Positions 41,341-53,194 of a DNA stretch of 64,000 nt are shown piece by piece. Below the pieces are notes generated by a model. It ran no database searches and was not told where the DNA came from. It saw nothing but the letters and a program-made list of their open reading frames with translations. Position numbers and translations under genes: made by a program. Source of the stretch: Chrysomallon squamiferum (taxonomy: Eukaryota; Animalia; Mollusca); contig CM022665.1 in assembly GCA_012295275.1 (NCBI GenBank), forward strand, positions 26,350,001 through 26,414,000. Reading direction: 5' to 3'. Position 1 is the stretch's first letter; every line of letters starts with the position of its first letter.

Positions 41341-43729
41341 ACTAATGAAAAAAAATAGAAATAAAAAAACCCCATGGATATAAATAAAGAACGCAGATGC
41401 AAGCACAGCTGTTATGTTAACATGTATTTTAACAGTTGTATTGAACTAATCAGCATCTGAAATAGCTATATAAATATTTAAAATAGTTACATTTTCTTGA
41501 CAGATAGTCTATTCTGATTTCTACAAATTCACATGTGCAGATAAATAAATACTACTGAAGCAGTAAGATTTTGAAAGAAAATTTTCCACTTCCTTCTTTA
41601 TCTTTAACAAAACTGAATCAGACTTATCAGTGTACGGCTCTGGTCCTTCCTGTTTAATAACTATTTAATCATAGCATAGACCACACTTTAAAATTTTTGA
41701 TACGCTACCTGTCAGTAGGTGTCATTGAATTGCCTATGGAAAAAGACACCACCAGCCTCTCTAATAATGTCTTTGCTTTATTAATAATAAATAAATAAAA
41801 TATTATCTTGAACATCTAAATTAAGAATCTAATTCAGTTACAGGCAAACTGCGTTCTGCTGGCTTTCTGAATGACACTCACATCTGATTTAATGAGAAAA
41901 ATAAATGTTTATTATTATTTTACTAAATTTTTTTTGTTTCCTTTTATTTTGTTCATACTTGTTCACTCACACACACTCTCTTACCGAAGAGGAAAATAAA
42001 TTTTTCATCATTTCGAAGGCAGATGCTTACGCTGAAAGCAAACTACACATATTTTAGGACATATTTTAAAAACGGGCACAACTACATATCTTATTTTATT
42101 CTGTTTTATTTTACTATTTTTATTTTATACCTTACTTCAATAACAGGTATGTCTGATTATCATGTTAATTTTTCACTCACTCACAATGTCAGTTTTGTGA
42201 AGCCTGGATGGATTCCTTACACCCTCCTCCATAGACCAAAATTTTGAATTTATTTTGGAATATTGAGATTTTTCAATTGAATGGGACACTCAGATTTGGC
42301 AGGATAGATAGCCCTTCATTATTCCTCACCACCACCAAGGCTCCTTGAATGGAGCTACAGTGAGTCATCTGCTGACTGATGATACTCCCACTTAAAGAGT
42401 GGGTAATACTTGAAAATGAGTTTTGGGGAATTGTTCACCAGCAGTACCGAACAAGAGATTTAAAAATTTAAAAAAAAAAAATAATATTAAACAAAATATA
42501 TACATATTAAAATTAATAAAAATAGAAATAGTGCAAAATAAATAAATAAATAAATAAATAAAGATAAAAAAAAAAAAAGTTTTAAAAATTAATTTTTTTT
42601 TAAAAATAATAATAATAAAGGGGAAAAATATAAAATAAAATAAAATAATCAATCAAATTACAAACAGCTCAAATAGTACATTTTTATTTATTTAGGATGA
42701 GGAAAAAATTCAATAATTATTAACTTCTATACCACATTTGTGATTTTATAAGCTACTCCATACATAGTATATGATATCCTAAAGGTATCAAGCAGTGAAT
42801 GAAATGTTTACATACTTAGTAATTATTTCAGTTAGCACTAACATATTTTTGTAATATCTTTGATCCTTTTCTCATCATAATTGTTTACATAAATATATAT
42901 ATATATTGCTTCTGCTTGTGTAGTTTTGCTGACACAAACAGAAATTTCACTATATTCTTTTTTTCTACCAGAAACAACTTGGTGAAAGTTAGCATATATT
43001 ACGAGAAATTCATTGAGGAATTTATTGAATATGTTCCAAAATATTCTCCTATGGGAATCCTTGGTGAGTGTTCATAAAAAATAAATTATTGGTACACTAG
43101 TAAATAAAAAGATCATAACTAACTTCCTGACTAAATAATTCTGCAAAATCTTTGCTTTGCTCTAAAACAAAATCTGACTGTTGAAAAAGAAACACTGACA
43201 GAGTTATGTCTTGCACACCCCAGGATAGCATACACCATTTATCAGTGCATGTCTTTTTTATCTTCTTAACATACATCATTTTCATCCTAAATGCTTACCG
43301 TAATAACAATAATAAACAAATTTGAATTTTATTCAGTCATTTTTACATTTTAATTTTTACTTGTGTTTAAAAGAAGCTATGGCTCTATAGAAATATAAGT
43401 GACATAAAATTTAAACACAATATTCAGTATTACTACGGTTAACTGTACTGTTGACACATTTGACTTGCAGTAATATACTGCACTTTTCTCTTGCAGAGAT
43501 TAAATGACATCAAACTGAAGTTAACATACAAGATTCAAAATCACAACTCTATATAACTTTTTTGTTTTGTTTTCTGCACATGTGTATTCTCTCTATTTTA
43601 GGAAATATTGGAGGTCAGATGGGTTTCTTTCTTGGTGCCAGTCTTTTGACACTAGCAGAATTTGCAGAAGCTGTTATTTACTGTTGTGGAATATTGTTCA
43701 AGAAATGTATAATACAAAAGAAAACATGA
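37412..43729 (+). CDS. DEG/ENaC (ASIC-like, amiloride-sensitive sodium channel family) subunit, 8 exons, ~483 aa
   Basis: Exons: 37412-37572, 37934-38528, 39589-39687, 39944-40091, 40498-40560, 40756-40921, 42972-43063, 43602-43729. All GT-AG and phase-consistent (1452 nt). Motifs: TSLHG, TM1, FPKVTVCN, GRCFEFN, YGLTMHLN, CNC, CPRPC, and TM2 GNIGGQMGFFLGAS. Confidence 0.93.
40095..40310. repeat. (AAC)/(ACT) compound microsatellite in channel intron 4
   Basis: Seen directly. Confidence 0.85.
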
Positions 43730-44528
43730 ATTTTTAAAATTTATATTACAGAAAATAAACTGGTTAGAAAAGTGTATGTGTAAGGGTGTAAAATTCATGT
43801 AGTAAATGTTAAAGATTACAATGTGATTTATCTTCCTTAATTTTTAAATTATATTGGACATTATTTTGAAATAACTTTTTATATATATTTGTGGGGGAGG
43901 GGGGTTAAAATCAATCAATAAATAATAATTTAAGAAACTTTCACTAAAACTATAAGACATGTTTGAAGCTACAGATGTTATTTCTCTTCTGCTTAAAAGG
44001 TCTCTAAATGTTCAGAAAAATAATCATGACATCTACAAGTATTTGTTTTTGCATAGAAGTGTGCAATAGGAAAAAAAAAAAATATTGCTGGAGTGACTGT
44101 ATCAGAAAACTGTTCTTATGTTTTTTATACGCTATATATGATCATCTTATTTTAGTATATGTGTATTCATAATGTACATATGTATATGTGTATTTAATCT
44201 CACCCTGTATGCTAAAATAAGCATAGATAAGTGAGTATCATGTTCTGGCACTGAACAAAAACTGAATTTGTAAATTATTAAAACATATTCTCAAAATAAA
44301 AATTATAAAATTTTGAACATGTTTGTGAGTCCAGAAAAAAATGTACATATAATAAAATTATAAATATAACATTATCAAAAATTTACTGAATATTATTTTC
44401 ATGTGATATAAAAATGATATATTTTTTTGATATAATTAACTGACCTGGAAAAACTTTAATAACTTCATTAAGATTAAATATAAATAAGTAATGTCATTTG
44501 TAACAGAAATAATCAACTCAATTTTTAT

Positions 44529-47500
44529 TTAAGCTTTTGTCCAGGGTTTGTCACTCTTAAGTGCTTCAACATGTTTATTGAAATGAATTATCTCCCATTG
44601 CTTCATCCATGGTCCATGTATTGTTGTATCAAATTCATCTTTTTCTGCTGCCTGAAAAACAAAATCAAAAAACAAAAACAAATAAAACTTTTTTATAAAT
44701 ATATAATAACACATAACACTGAAAACATTCACATTAATTAAATTTAATTAGAATACAAGAAAATTCTGTAAATAAGCCAACAGTTAAAATGCAAAATATA
44801 GCTAGTTGTATGAAACTCATTGTAAGTCCTCCATTTATTGTACAAACTAAACTGAAGTGTTAATATTACTTACCTTCTCACCCAGAACTTTATTCCTCTG
44901 TGCTGTATCTCTGTCAATGGCATTAAATGTATCCCAGTCAATTGTAAACTTTGGATCTTTAGAATTTCTCATTAGAATTCCAGGTTTCAGATCATAAAAG
45001 CCGACATCTTTTTCTGGAGTTTGCCAACGAAGGTCAATACTCCATCTAATATCTTTTGACCTGTTTGGCAAGCTGTTAAGTAAAACAGTGTGAAAATACA
45101 ATTTCAAAACAAAAGCATTTAACAATGCACAGATGTTATTAAAAAATCAGTTTACGACTTACTCATTCACATGGTAGGTAACAGCATTAACAAACATAAA
45201 CATTTTGTTGAAGAACATATACAATGAATGTGACTGTTTATGAGGGGTTTTTTTGGTGTGTTTTTTTTTTTTTATATATGTTTGTCTGGTTTTGACAATG
45301 TACACATATATAGCTTGGCCCCAAAATTACTTTACTGAAAATACTATTTGATAAATACATTTATATTTCAGCTCAAACACAGTCTAGAAAAAGACGGAGG
45401 CCATTCTGAATTTTTAATTTAACTTGATTGATTATTTATGTGATGTAAATTTCATTTACTGAAAATATAATTTGATGTACACTTTATTTAGTTGATGTAT
45501 GATTGTGTTAAGAAAAATAGTTTTTATGGTAAGGTAACTTGGTCCACCCAGTATATATATATATATGTATATTTATATTAAAGTCAGTTAACAACACCAT
45601 CAATAACTAATGCAATGATAGTAATCATCTTGATGTAAACCTTTTATGTGGTAATAGGTTGTTAAAGAGAAGCATTCCACCATAGGGAATTGGACACACT
45701 TTTAAATTTTCTCCATATCAATTCCTAAAAGAATAGAGAAAAAAGAAATCAATCACTATCTATTCATTTTATATTTGTGCTGTTTTTTTTTTTTTTTTTT
45801 TTAACAAGGTATCAATTTGAAAAAAGTAAATCAATAATGTTAAAGTGAATAAACTTTTTTACATAATGAAAACAAATAGTTCACTGATGAAACAAAATAT
45901 TTTGAATGATTTATTCATTTAATGGTGGAAAGTCATGTAAGTGAAATGTGTAGTATATGTCTGTATGACATTAACACATCTCTGGTACTTACATACTTAT
46001 TTTATTGTACATAATTTTATTCTAATGTGATTAATATTTTTATTTCATTTCATATTTTCTTGAAAAAACAATAATGACCCGGTGTTTTAACCACTGTTTT
46101 TCATTTTGGTCACAATGTGTGTCCAAAGATTTCTACCAATTGGCAGTATTCATGTGGGTTACAGTGTAAAGTTATATAACCTTAACTGTTTGCTTTATCA
46201 GGCAGCTGATCCCCTCAGAATGTTTGCACTATAAAGTACTATTTTCTCATAGTAAAACTTTAGGATTAAAATTCAGATAAGTAAGTGTTTAAAATTAAAC
46301 TTTGTAACGAATTCATAATTAATTAAACAATTTATGTTTTGTTTCCAAAAGTACTGCTTACTTTAATGAAGTAGATTATAATAACAGTCATTTAGATCGT
46401 ATGTATATGTAAATTAAACATTTTATATGTTTTAGAAATCCAGTAGATTATAGAACTCCTTAAGTTATGAGTACTGATCATGATGTTTGCAGCAAAAATG
46501 TGTAATGTTGTTGTTTTTCAGTGCTGATGGTATTTCTGGGTTACTAGTAACTTAATACCAGCGTTTTGTATATCACTCATACATTATAAAAGCACCTGAT
46601 CAGCATAGTGGAACAGAATAGCAAAGAGATTTTTATTTCTTTCTTGCTGTAACTGATATTTGTAATTAATTATTATCTGTCTTCTGTTTATATTTGTATA
46701 TTTTGTATTAAATTTGTGATGATATTTGTTTTCTTATTTTTACAGAGTTGTTTTTTCTTGTTATTGTTTGACTGGTTTTAGTGATTTGGCTTATTTTCTC
46801 AATCCTTGGGAAATAAAAAGTGAACTCATTGATTTGTGTCTTCATTAGAACACAACATCGCTACACTTATATATCACTTATCTGCTATATACAAACACAT
46901 AAACCTCTTTATATCAATTACTGCTGAACTGAAAAACAGTTTTAATCCTGAACAAAACATATATTCTTTCACAGTATATTGCAATTACAGTCTACCAATA
47001 AGAATGTAACTGTATCAGTTATAATAACCAATTAGAATGCAGCCAAGAAAAGATGCTTCTTAATTACTTGTTGAAGAAAAGAATATAGCACGATTAAAGA
47101 TAAACACAGAAATAATACACTTACCCAGTGTCTTGGCCATTTCGTCTTCTTCCAACATAACATACCATGTTCCACCATAGCAACACTTGTGTTGGGCAAC
47201 TTTGCCCCTCTTGTGGCCATTAACAGCTATCTGTTATTAGAAAAATATAAACAATCCATCAAAACATTAGACAATTAGGTCTAAGTATCAACATTATTTA
47301 GAAACAATACTGAATATGTATTTTACTGAATACAATATATATATAAATCCATATATGGACTGTACCACAAAATTAATCACATGCTAACTTGGGATTCTGA
47401 TGTCATTAGCAATAATCAGTATGGCTACTGCCTGATTAGAATAATTTATATTTAACTGTTACTGAAATGAATTTTGTTTTTATTATTGGTAGATATAGTC

Positions 47501-50431
47501 TTGTAAACATTCAAGTCCTTGTAAAATACAGGCCTCGCATATACTAAAATACTGACTTATAATGATATGTGTATACATATTTTATAGCATTTTCACCTGC
47601 ATGCAGCCATTTTCCTCAGTGGCATCGAGCAGTGGAATCCAAGCACCTACTTGAAGCACACTGTATGATCTTGTGTCTAAATATCCAGAATCTACAATTT
47701 AATAAACAGAACATTTAAATACAGGTACTGGATCAATTATCTGGACTCCTTGGGGCCTGAGGCATTCTGGATTTCTGGATTTTCCGGTTTTCTGGTACCA
47801 AGGCATCTAAATAAGTAAATAATTAGGCATAAACATTTTAAAATTAAAAACTAAGAAAACTGACAACACACAACTGTGGCGACTTGACACGTAAGCAATG
47901 CGGCGAGTGAATGAATGCCACATGGCTTGAAAGAGTAGTTCCAGTCTGGTCAGGACATCACCCGCATGCGTGAACTATGAAAAAACTTCCGGTTCTCTGG
48001 GATTTCAAGATGCTGGATAATTGGTCTGGTACCTGTACTGGTGATGATTTGTCATTCATAATTTTTCAATAGACATTCAATAATTTTATGAATTGAACTT
48101 TGACTCTTCTTCCATTTTCATTATGGTGATGACTTAATATAAAGCAGTACATTATATTTTTAATACAAACTTTGCATTATTAAGTATGAACTTTTTATGT
48201 ATCCTTGTGACCTGTATAAAGGTAACATGTCCTATGATTAAAAAGTGAGTCTGTCATCAGTGTCTTAGACTCATCTGAAACCAGTGAGACACAACAGTAC
48301 AATTTAATCATAAATGTCTTTTCAAAATTTCTTATTTATACATCAGTATTTACAAATCAAATTCATCAGGTATCATAAAGCTTTTGACAATTTCAGGTTA
48401 AAAATTTAAAATAAAAGGAAACAAAATATATAAAGAACACTAACACCATCCTGACCTTTGCCAGTATCGTAACATATTAAAATGATTGTTAACTTTTATT
48501 ATTAAACACTTACCTTGATGCCATGGAACAATTGTTGCTTCATTGTTTGGAGTTTTTGTTCTCAAATTCCAAACTGGATGACCCATAATATCAGGTCCTA
48601 TCAACTGCTCAATCACATTCAAAAGACGAAAGTTGGACCAAAGATTCTGAAATGCCTGATATAAAATGTTTATTTCAAAAATTAATTTTAAAAAATGTAT
48701 TCTTAAGTCAAAATGATGAGCTAAATGTTTTTTTTTCTGTCAATTTTGTTTGAAATTAAAGTATAAGTCAGTAAATGAGAGTAATTAAGTTATCTTCATA
48801 ATTCTTACTAATTTCAATCTTATTCACAAATGACATGGGTAAGAATACTTAATTATGTTTACAATTATGTTGTGACTATAATGTTTTTAATAACATAATT
48901 ATAATTTTTCAAATAAAAAATCTGTAAAAAACCCAACTAATTCTTGAAATAACTTACTGGAGGAAATTCTCCACTTTTATGTAACAGAATGTTTGCACCA
49001 GGAAATTCTTCTTCAATTTTGATCAGTCTTTGGAAAAACCCATAATCTTCATACTGATCTGAAAGATACCAGTTTAACAATAAATCTGAATATTCAGCTT
49101 CAGAGAATGAACTAAATGAATACTGATAATAATAATTCTCATTAAGAATGATCAGTATTATAGATACTGACTGATATATAGCAATCTTACTGATCTTAAG
49201 ATTTGTTTTAACTTTTTCTTGAATAGCAGATGAAGATTACAAACTTTTTATTTTGCCAGCTTCATAAAGCTTCTGTGCAAGTCGTTCAACTTGATCCACA
49301 ATTTCCTTTTGACAAGCTTCCAAATCATCCTTTAAAAAAAAATCCTCCACTATGATATAGCCCTAAAAGAACAAAAACAAACAACAAATGAATAAGAAGA
49401 AGGAAATAAGTGACAAATAAAATGTCAAATAATTCTTTGTGAAAGTGATTCCTAAATAAATTAACCAAACAGATTCCATGTTACACTCTCACCGTATGTC
49501 ACAATAAGCCACTTTTAAAAGCCATGCAGTTTTTTAAAGTAACAGTGATCCTCAATGATAACAATGGAACGCTTTATTACAATATTATTTTTGGGGGGGG
49601 GTTCTATTTTTCACAACTGTACTAAAACCATTTTCAAATATTATTTTACTTTTTTTATATTTTTAAATAAACTTATGATCCCTAATTACCAATAACTTAA
49701 TATAATGTACTTACTGATGTTTTTGGGGGAGATTGAGGTTGTGAAAAAAATGTAAACTTTCAAGAAGAGCAATTCAAATAAATAATAAAGACACCCTAAT
49801 TATGAAATATATTAACTTAATGATCTATAATTCAGAAGATAACTGACAGTGTCGATAACCTATTTACAAATCTAAATGATTTTACTTCAACACATTTAAA
49901 TCTTGAGGCCAGTGAATTAATATTTACCAAATATGTACATAACTTACCTTGGAAATATTGTAAAGACGAACCATACAGTAAAGGTCTTCATTTATGGAGA
50001 TATAAGTGCTTCTTGAAGTTTTGAAATCCCAGTAACAATCAACCTCAACCTGATTGGCAGTATTTTAGGGTTTTCTGAAAATGACTTTTATTAAACTCTC
50101 ATTTTCTAAAAAAATGTGGTGTTTAATTTAGAAATAAAAATAAATAATAATTATCTCTAAATCTGCGTCAAATATTAATATTCCTCACTTTAACACTAAA
50201 AATCACAACAGACTTTAAATTATGTCAGTTACTTTTTGCCAGATAATCCCAATTATTCCATTAACAATATGTCACCTTCTCGAAAAACTGCTTTATGGAT
50301 TCTTCTGGTAGCTGTCCTAGTTTCTTTTCCTTGGGCTGGGGTGGCATCACTGTAAATACTTCAGGATGGACCTCATCAACTTCTCCTGGGTATTGGATAT
50401 TTGGTTTCTTTGCTGGAGGTTGTTCTGCCAT
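44529..50431 (-). CDS. PhyH-family (phytanoyl-CoA dioxygenase-like) Fe(II)/2OG dioxygenase, 9 coding exons, ~374 aa if the 1-nt deletion in exon 7 is corrected
   Basis: Exons: 50431-50276, 49362-49245, 49058-48958, 48655-48514, 47691-47597, 47230-47125, 45724-45641, 45072-44874, 44651-44529. Motifs: GYIIVEDFF, PWHQD (HxD), AWIPLLDATEENGCMQ, PHKS (distal His), RWSIDLRWQ (2OG-binding Arg). Exon 7 is 84 nt where phase requires 85. Confidence 0.9.
45311..45553. mobile_element. Tc1/mariner-type MITE in dioxygenase intron 7
   Basis: Imperfect TIRs: tatagcttggccccaaaattactttactgaaaatactattt versus reverse complement tatactgggtggaccaagttaccttaccataaaaactattt. Sits in TA context. Confidence 0.55.
47722..48035. 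mobile_element. MITE (~314 bp) with TIRs and TA target duplication, in dioxygenase intron 4
   Basis: ta|caggtactggatcaattatctgga ... tgctggataattggtctggtacctg|ta. The interior retains CpG. Confidence 0.75.
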
Positions 50432-50759
50432 CGTAACGTACAAACTATAAATAACTAATTCAAAAAGAATAATAAAAAATAGTTTATTTTTCAGCAATGT
50501 ACGTAATGTAACAAATATGACCAAAACTTCTTCTTTTTTTTTTTAAATTTTCTTTCTGTTTATATTTTTATATATAACATATTCATTTCAAAACAAATTA
50601 ATAAAAAAAATGTACTGGTGTGGATCAAACTGATAAAGAAACAAAGCCTGCATTTAACATACAAAATAGTAAGTATTATAATATATGTACTGGCACTAGT
50701 GGGGTAACATCATTTAACTTGCATTATTTTCTTATCATTTAACTCTTAACAACATTTGT

Positions 50760-51212
50760 TATAAATCGCATTTGCAATCGTACACATCAGTTCACCTCTT
50801 TACTCGTGCAGTTCGTTTTCGTGATAAGAGAAGTTTATTTTTCAGTTCAGAATCTTGAATTTACCTACGAACTTAATTTTTGTGGCTGAATTTGATTCCC
50901 ATCAGATATTGATACAGGCTCTGCGCTTTCTGGTAGGATAACGATTATTCAAGAAATATTTAGATCAGTAATATATAACTAATAAGTATTTTAAACAAAC
51001 AATTGATGAAATGGAATGTAATTAATGCAGTCTAATAATATATTTATTTATGTTTAACAACAAGCGAAATAAAATTTGATATAAATTATTGTACACGATT
51101 TTTAGGGGATATACAATTCTTGTTGCAACACATTCGCGTTTTAGCCGTATCCATGTGTTTTGAGGTCACGGTGTTCGCAAAAACACCGTCTGTTGATTGA
51201 ACATTTCTTTTA
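50760..51212. promoter_or_regulatory. Probable bidirectional promoter between the dioxygenase (-) and FH (+)
   Basis: Local CpG retention. A minus-strand donor tcgtag|gtaa at 50865/50864 and an acceptor tttatag| near 50445 suggest a dioxygenase 5' UTR exon. FH ATG at 51213. AGGTCA half-site at 51163-51168. Confidence 0.6.
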
Positions 51213-53154
51213 ATGAATCGTTTTATCAGAAAACTGTCAACCAAAACAGTTGCTATGGTATGCTTCGTTGTTAATGTGTTATTACTGATATGTAATTGGT
51301 ATACAAGATCATTTCTGAAAATAATATTTGTTTTATTTCGTAGACGTGTGTTGCCCTATATAAAATATCAATAGCTCATTATTGTATACTTGAGAATAAA
51401 AGTTAAGGATAAATCTGGACTATATAAAATCAAATAATTAAAATAAATTTCAGTAATGGTCAACATAAATCACAGTAAAAAGAAGGTAATCTTGCAAATT
51501 GTATTTCAAATGGCAAAAATCCAATAAACCTTTTGATTTGAGCAGTTTTACCTTCCCAAGGTTGATTGTATATGTTGAATATTTACAGGCTCTTATTATA
51601 TAGTTTTTTAAATTTGTGGCTATTGGCTATGATTTTGTGCAGATAATAAGGCAGAAAATTTAGTATCAAATCTTTATATCTGTTTCAGTATCGGTTGGAA
51701 TGGGACAGTTTTGGAGAAGTCAAAGTTCCCAAAGATAAATATTATGGCAGCAGCACAGCTAGATCTCTGTTAAACTTCAACATTGGAGGATCATCAGAAA
51801 GAATGCCTGTATGTGCTCTGTTTTTATAAATAACTTTAATAATATATAGGAGTATTGTCAGGGCCATATTAACCAATGGCTGGGCTCTTAGGCTTTCAGG
51901 TATGGTGGGCCCCACAAGCACTTCAGTCTTTCACTCAATTGTAGCAAGTAATGGTGCCTCAGAAAGGAAAACACCCTTGACACGCTCCTAGTCTTTAATC
52001 TAGTCAGTCTCGTGGCTATGAATACTGACTGACATTAATTAATGGAATTAATCAACTCTTGCACTCCAGTTTTTAGTAATTTGTTACAAGTAATTAATAA
52101 TAGCTCAAAATTCTGTTTAAAATATAATCATAGCTGTGTTTTTGTGTTATCTTCACATACAGGCAACACAAACTTTTTATTCATTTAAAATGTTAAACTG
52201 AACAATATTAATATTAAAAATATTTGTGTTTCAGAAACCAGTCATAAGGGCATTTGGCATTCTGAAAGGTTGTGCTGCTAAAGTGAATGTTAGTTATGGC
52301 CTTGATCAGAAGATAGCTGATGCCATAATAGAGGCAGCTGAAGAGGTAATCATTAAACATTGTGAAGATTAAAACTGAAAATACTGCCTAAGAAACAGAA
52401 ATGTGCAGTTTAATAGATGTTAGGCTTCGCTGTAATGATGTGGATTTTCTCACAGTTTAATTTTCATGTAAACAAAACTGATTATTCATCCTAAAACTCT
52501 CTTCTTTTAGTGCTTGCAAAACAGTTTTCCCGTTTGTTTTTCATATTTTATCCTCATTTCTGGATTATAATAATATTTTACACAAATTATTTAAAAAAAT
52601 TTAAATGGGTAAAATTTTTATTTGATGCAGGTATGATCATTTTTTTATTTGACGCAAGTTTCTCTGTGATCCTTCATGTCTTTTTTAATAGAATGCTGTT
52701 AACCATATTTAAAGAAATCAGAAAAGCATACATAAAATACAAATTTTGTACAAAGTAAATGTATAACTTATGGTCTTGATTTTCAGTCAGTTTATTATGT
52801 TCCTTCAAAAACAGTTTAAGATTTTATTTTAGTAATATTTTTAAAAGACATGGATGCAAAATCCATTAATTAATAATTTGATTAATTTGATTTGGATTTT
52901 AATAACTGTTTTCTAGGTTGCTTCAGGGAAACTGGATGATCACTTCCCATTGGTTGTGTGGCAGACTGGATCAGGAACACAGAGCAACATGAACGTGAAT
53001 GAAGTGATAAGTAACCGAGCTATTGAAATACTTGGTGGTGAAATGGGCACAAAGAAACCTGTTCACCCTAACGACCATGTCAATATGAGTCAAGTAAATA
53101 TCTGATAAAATAGTTTTTGTTTTTGCATATGTTCATTTTAATATAAGTTTTATT

Positions 53155-53194
<40 letters not shown>

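Noticed and set aside
51153-51212. In-frame TGA upstream of FH as selenocysteine or readthrough extension
   Set aside because: No SECIS was recognised, the upstream peptide does not look like a presequence, and it may lie upstream of the TSS.
52432-52485. Intronic box C/D snoRNA in FH intron 3
   Set aside because: The C box is imperfect (atgatgt), there is no terminal stem, and no rRNA-complementary guide was recognised.
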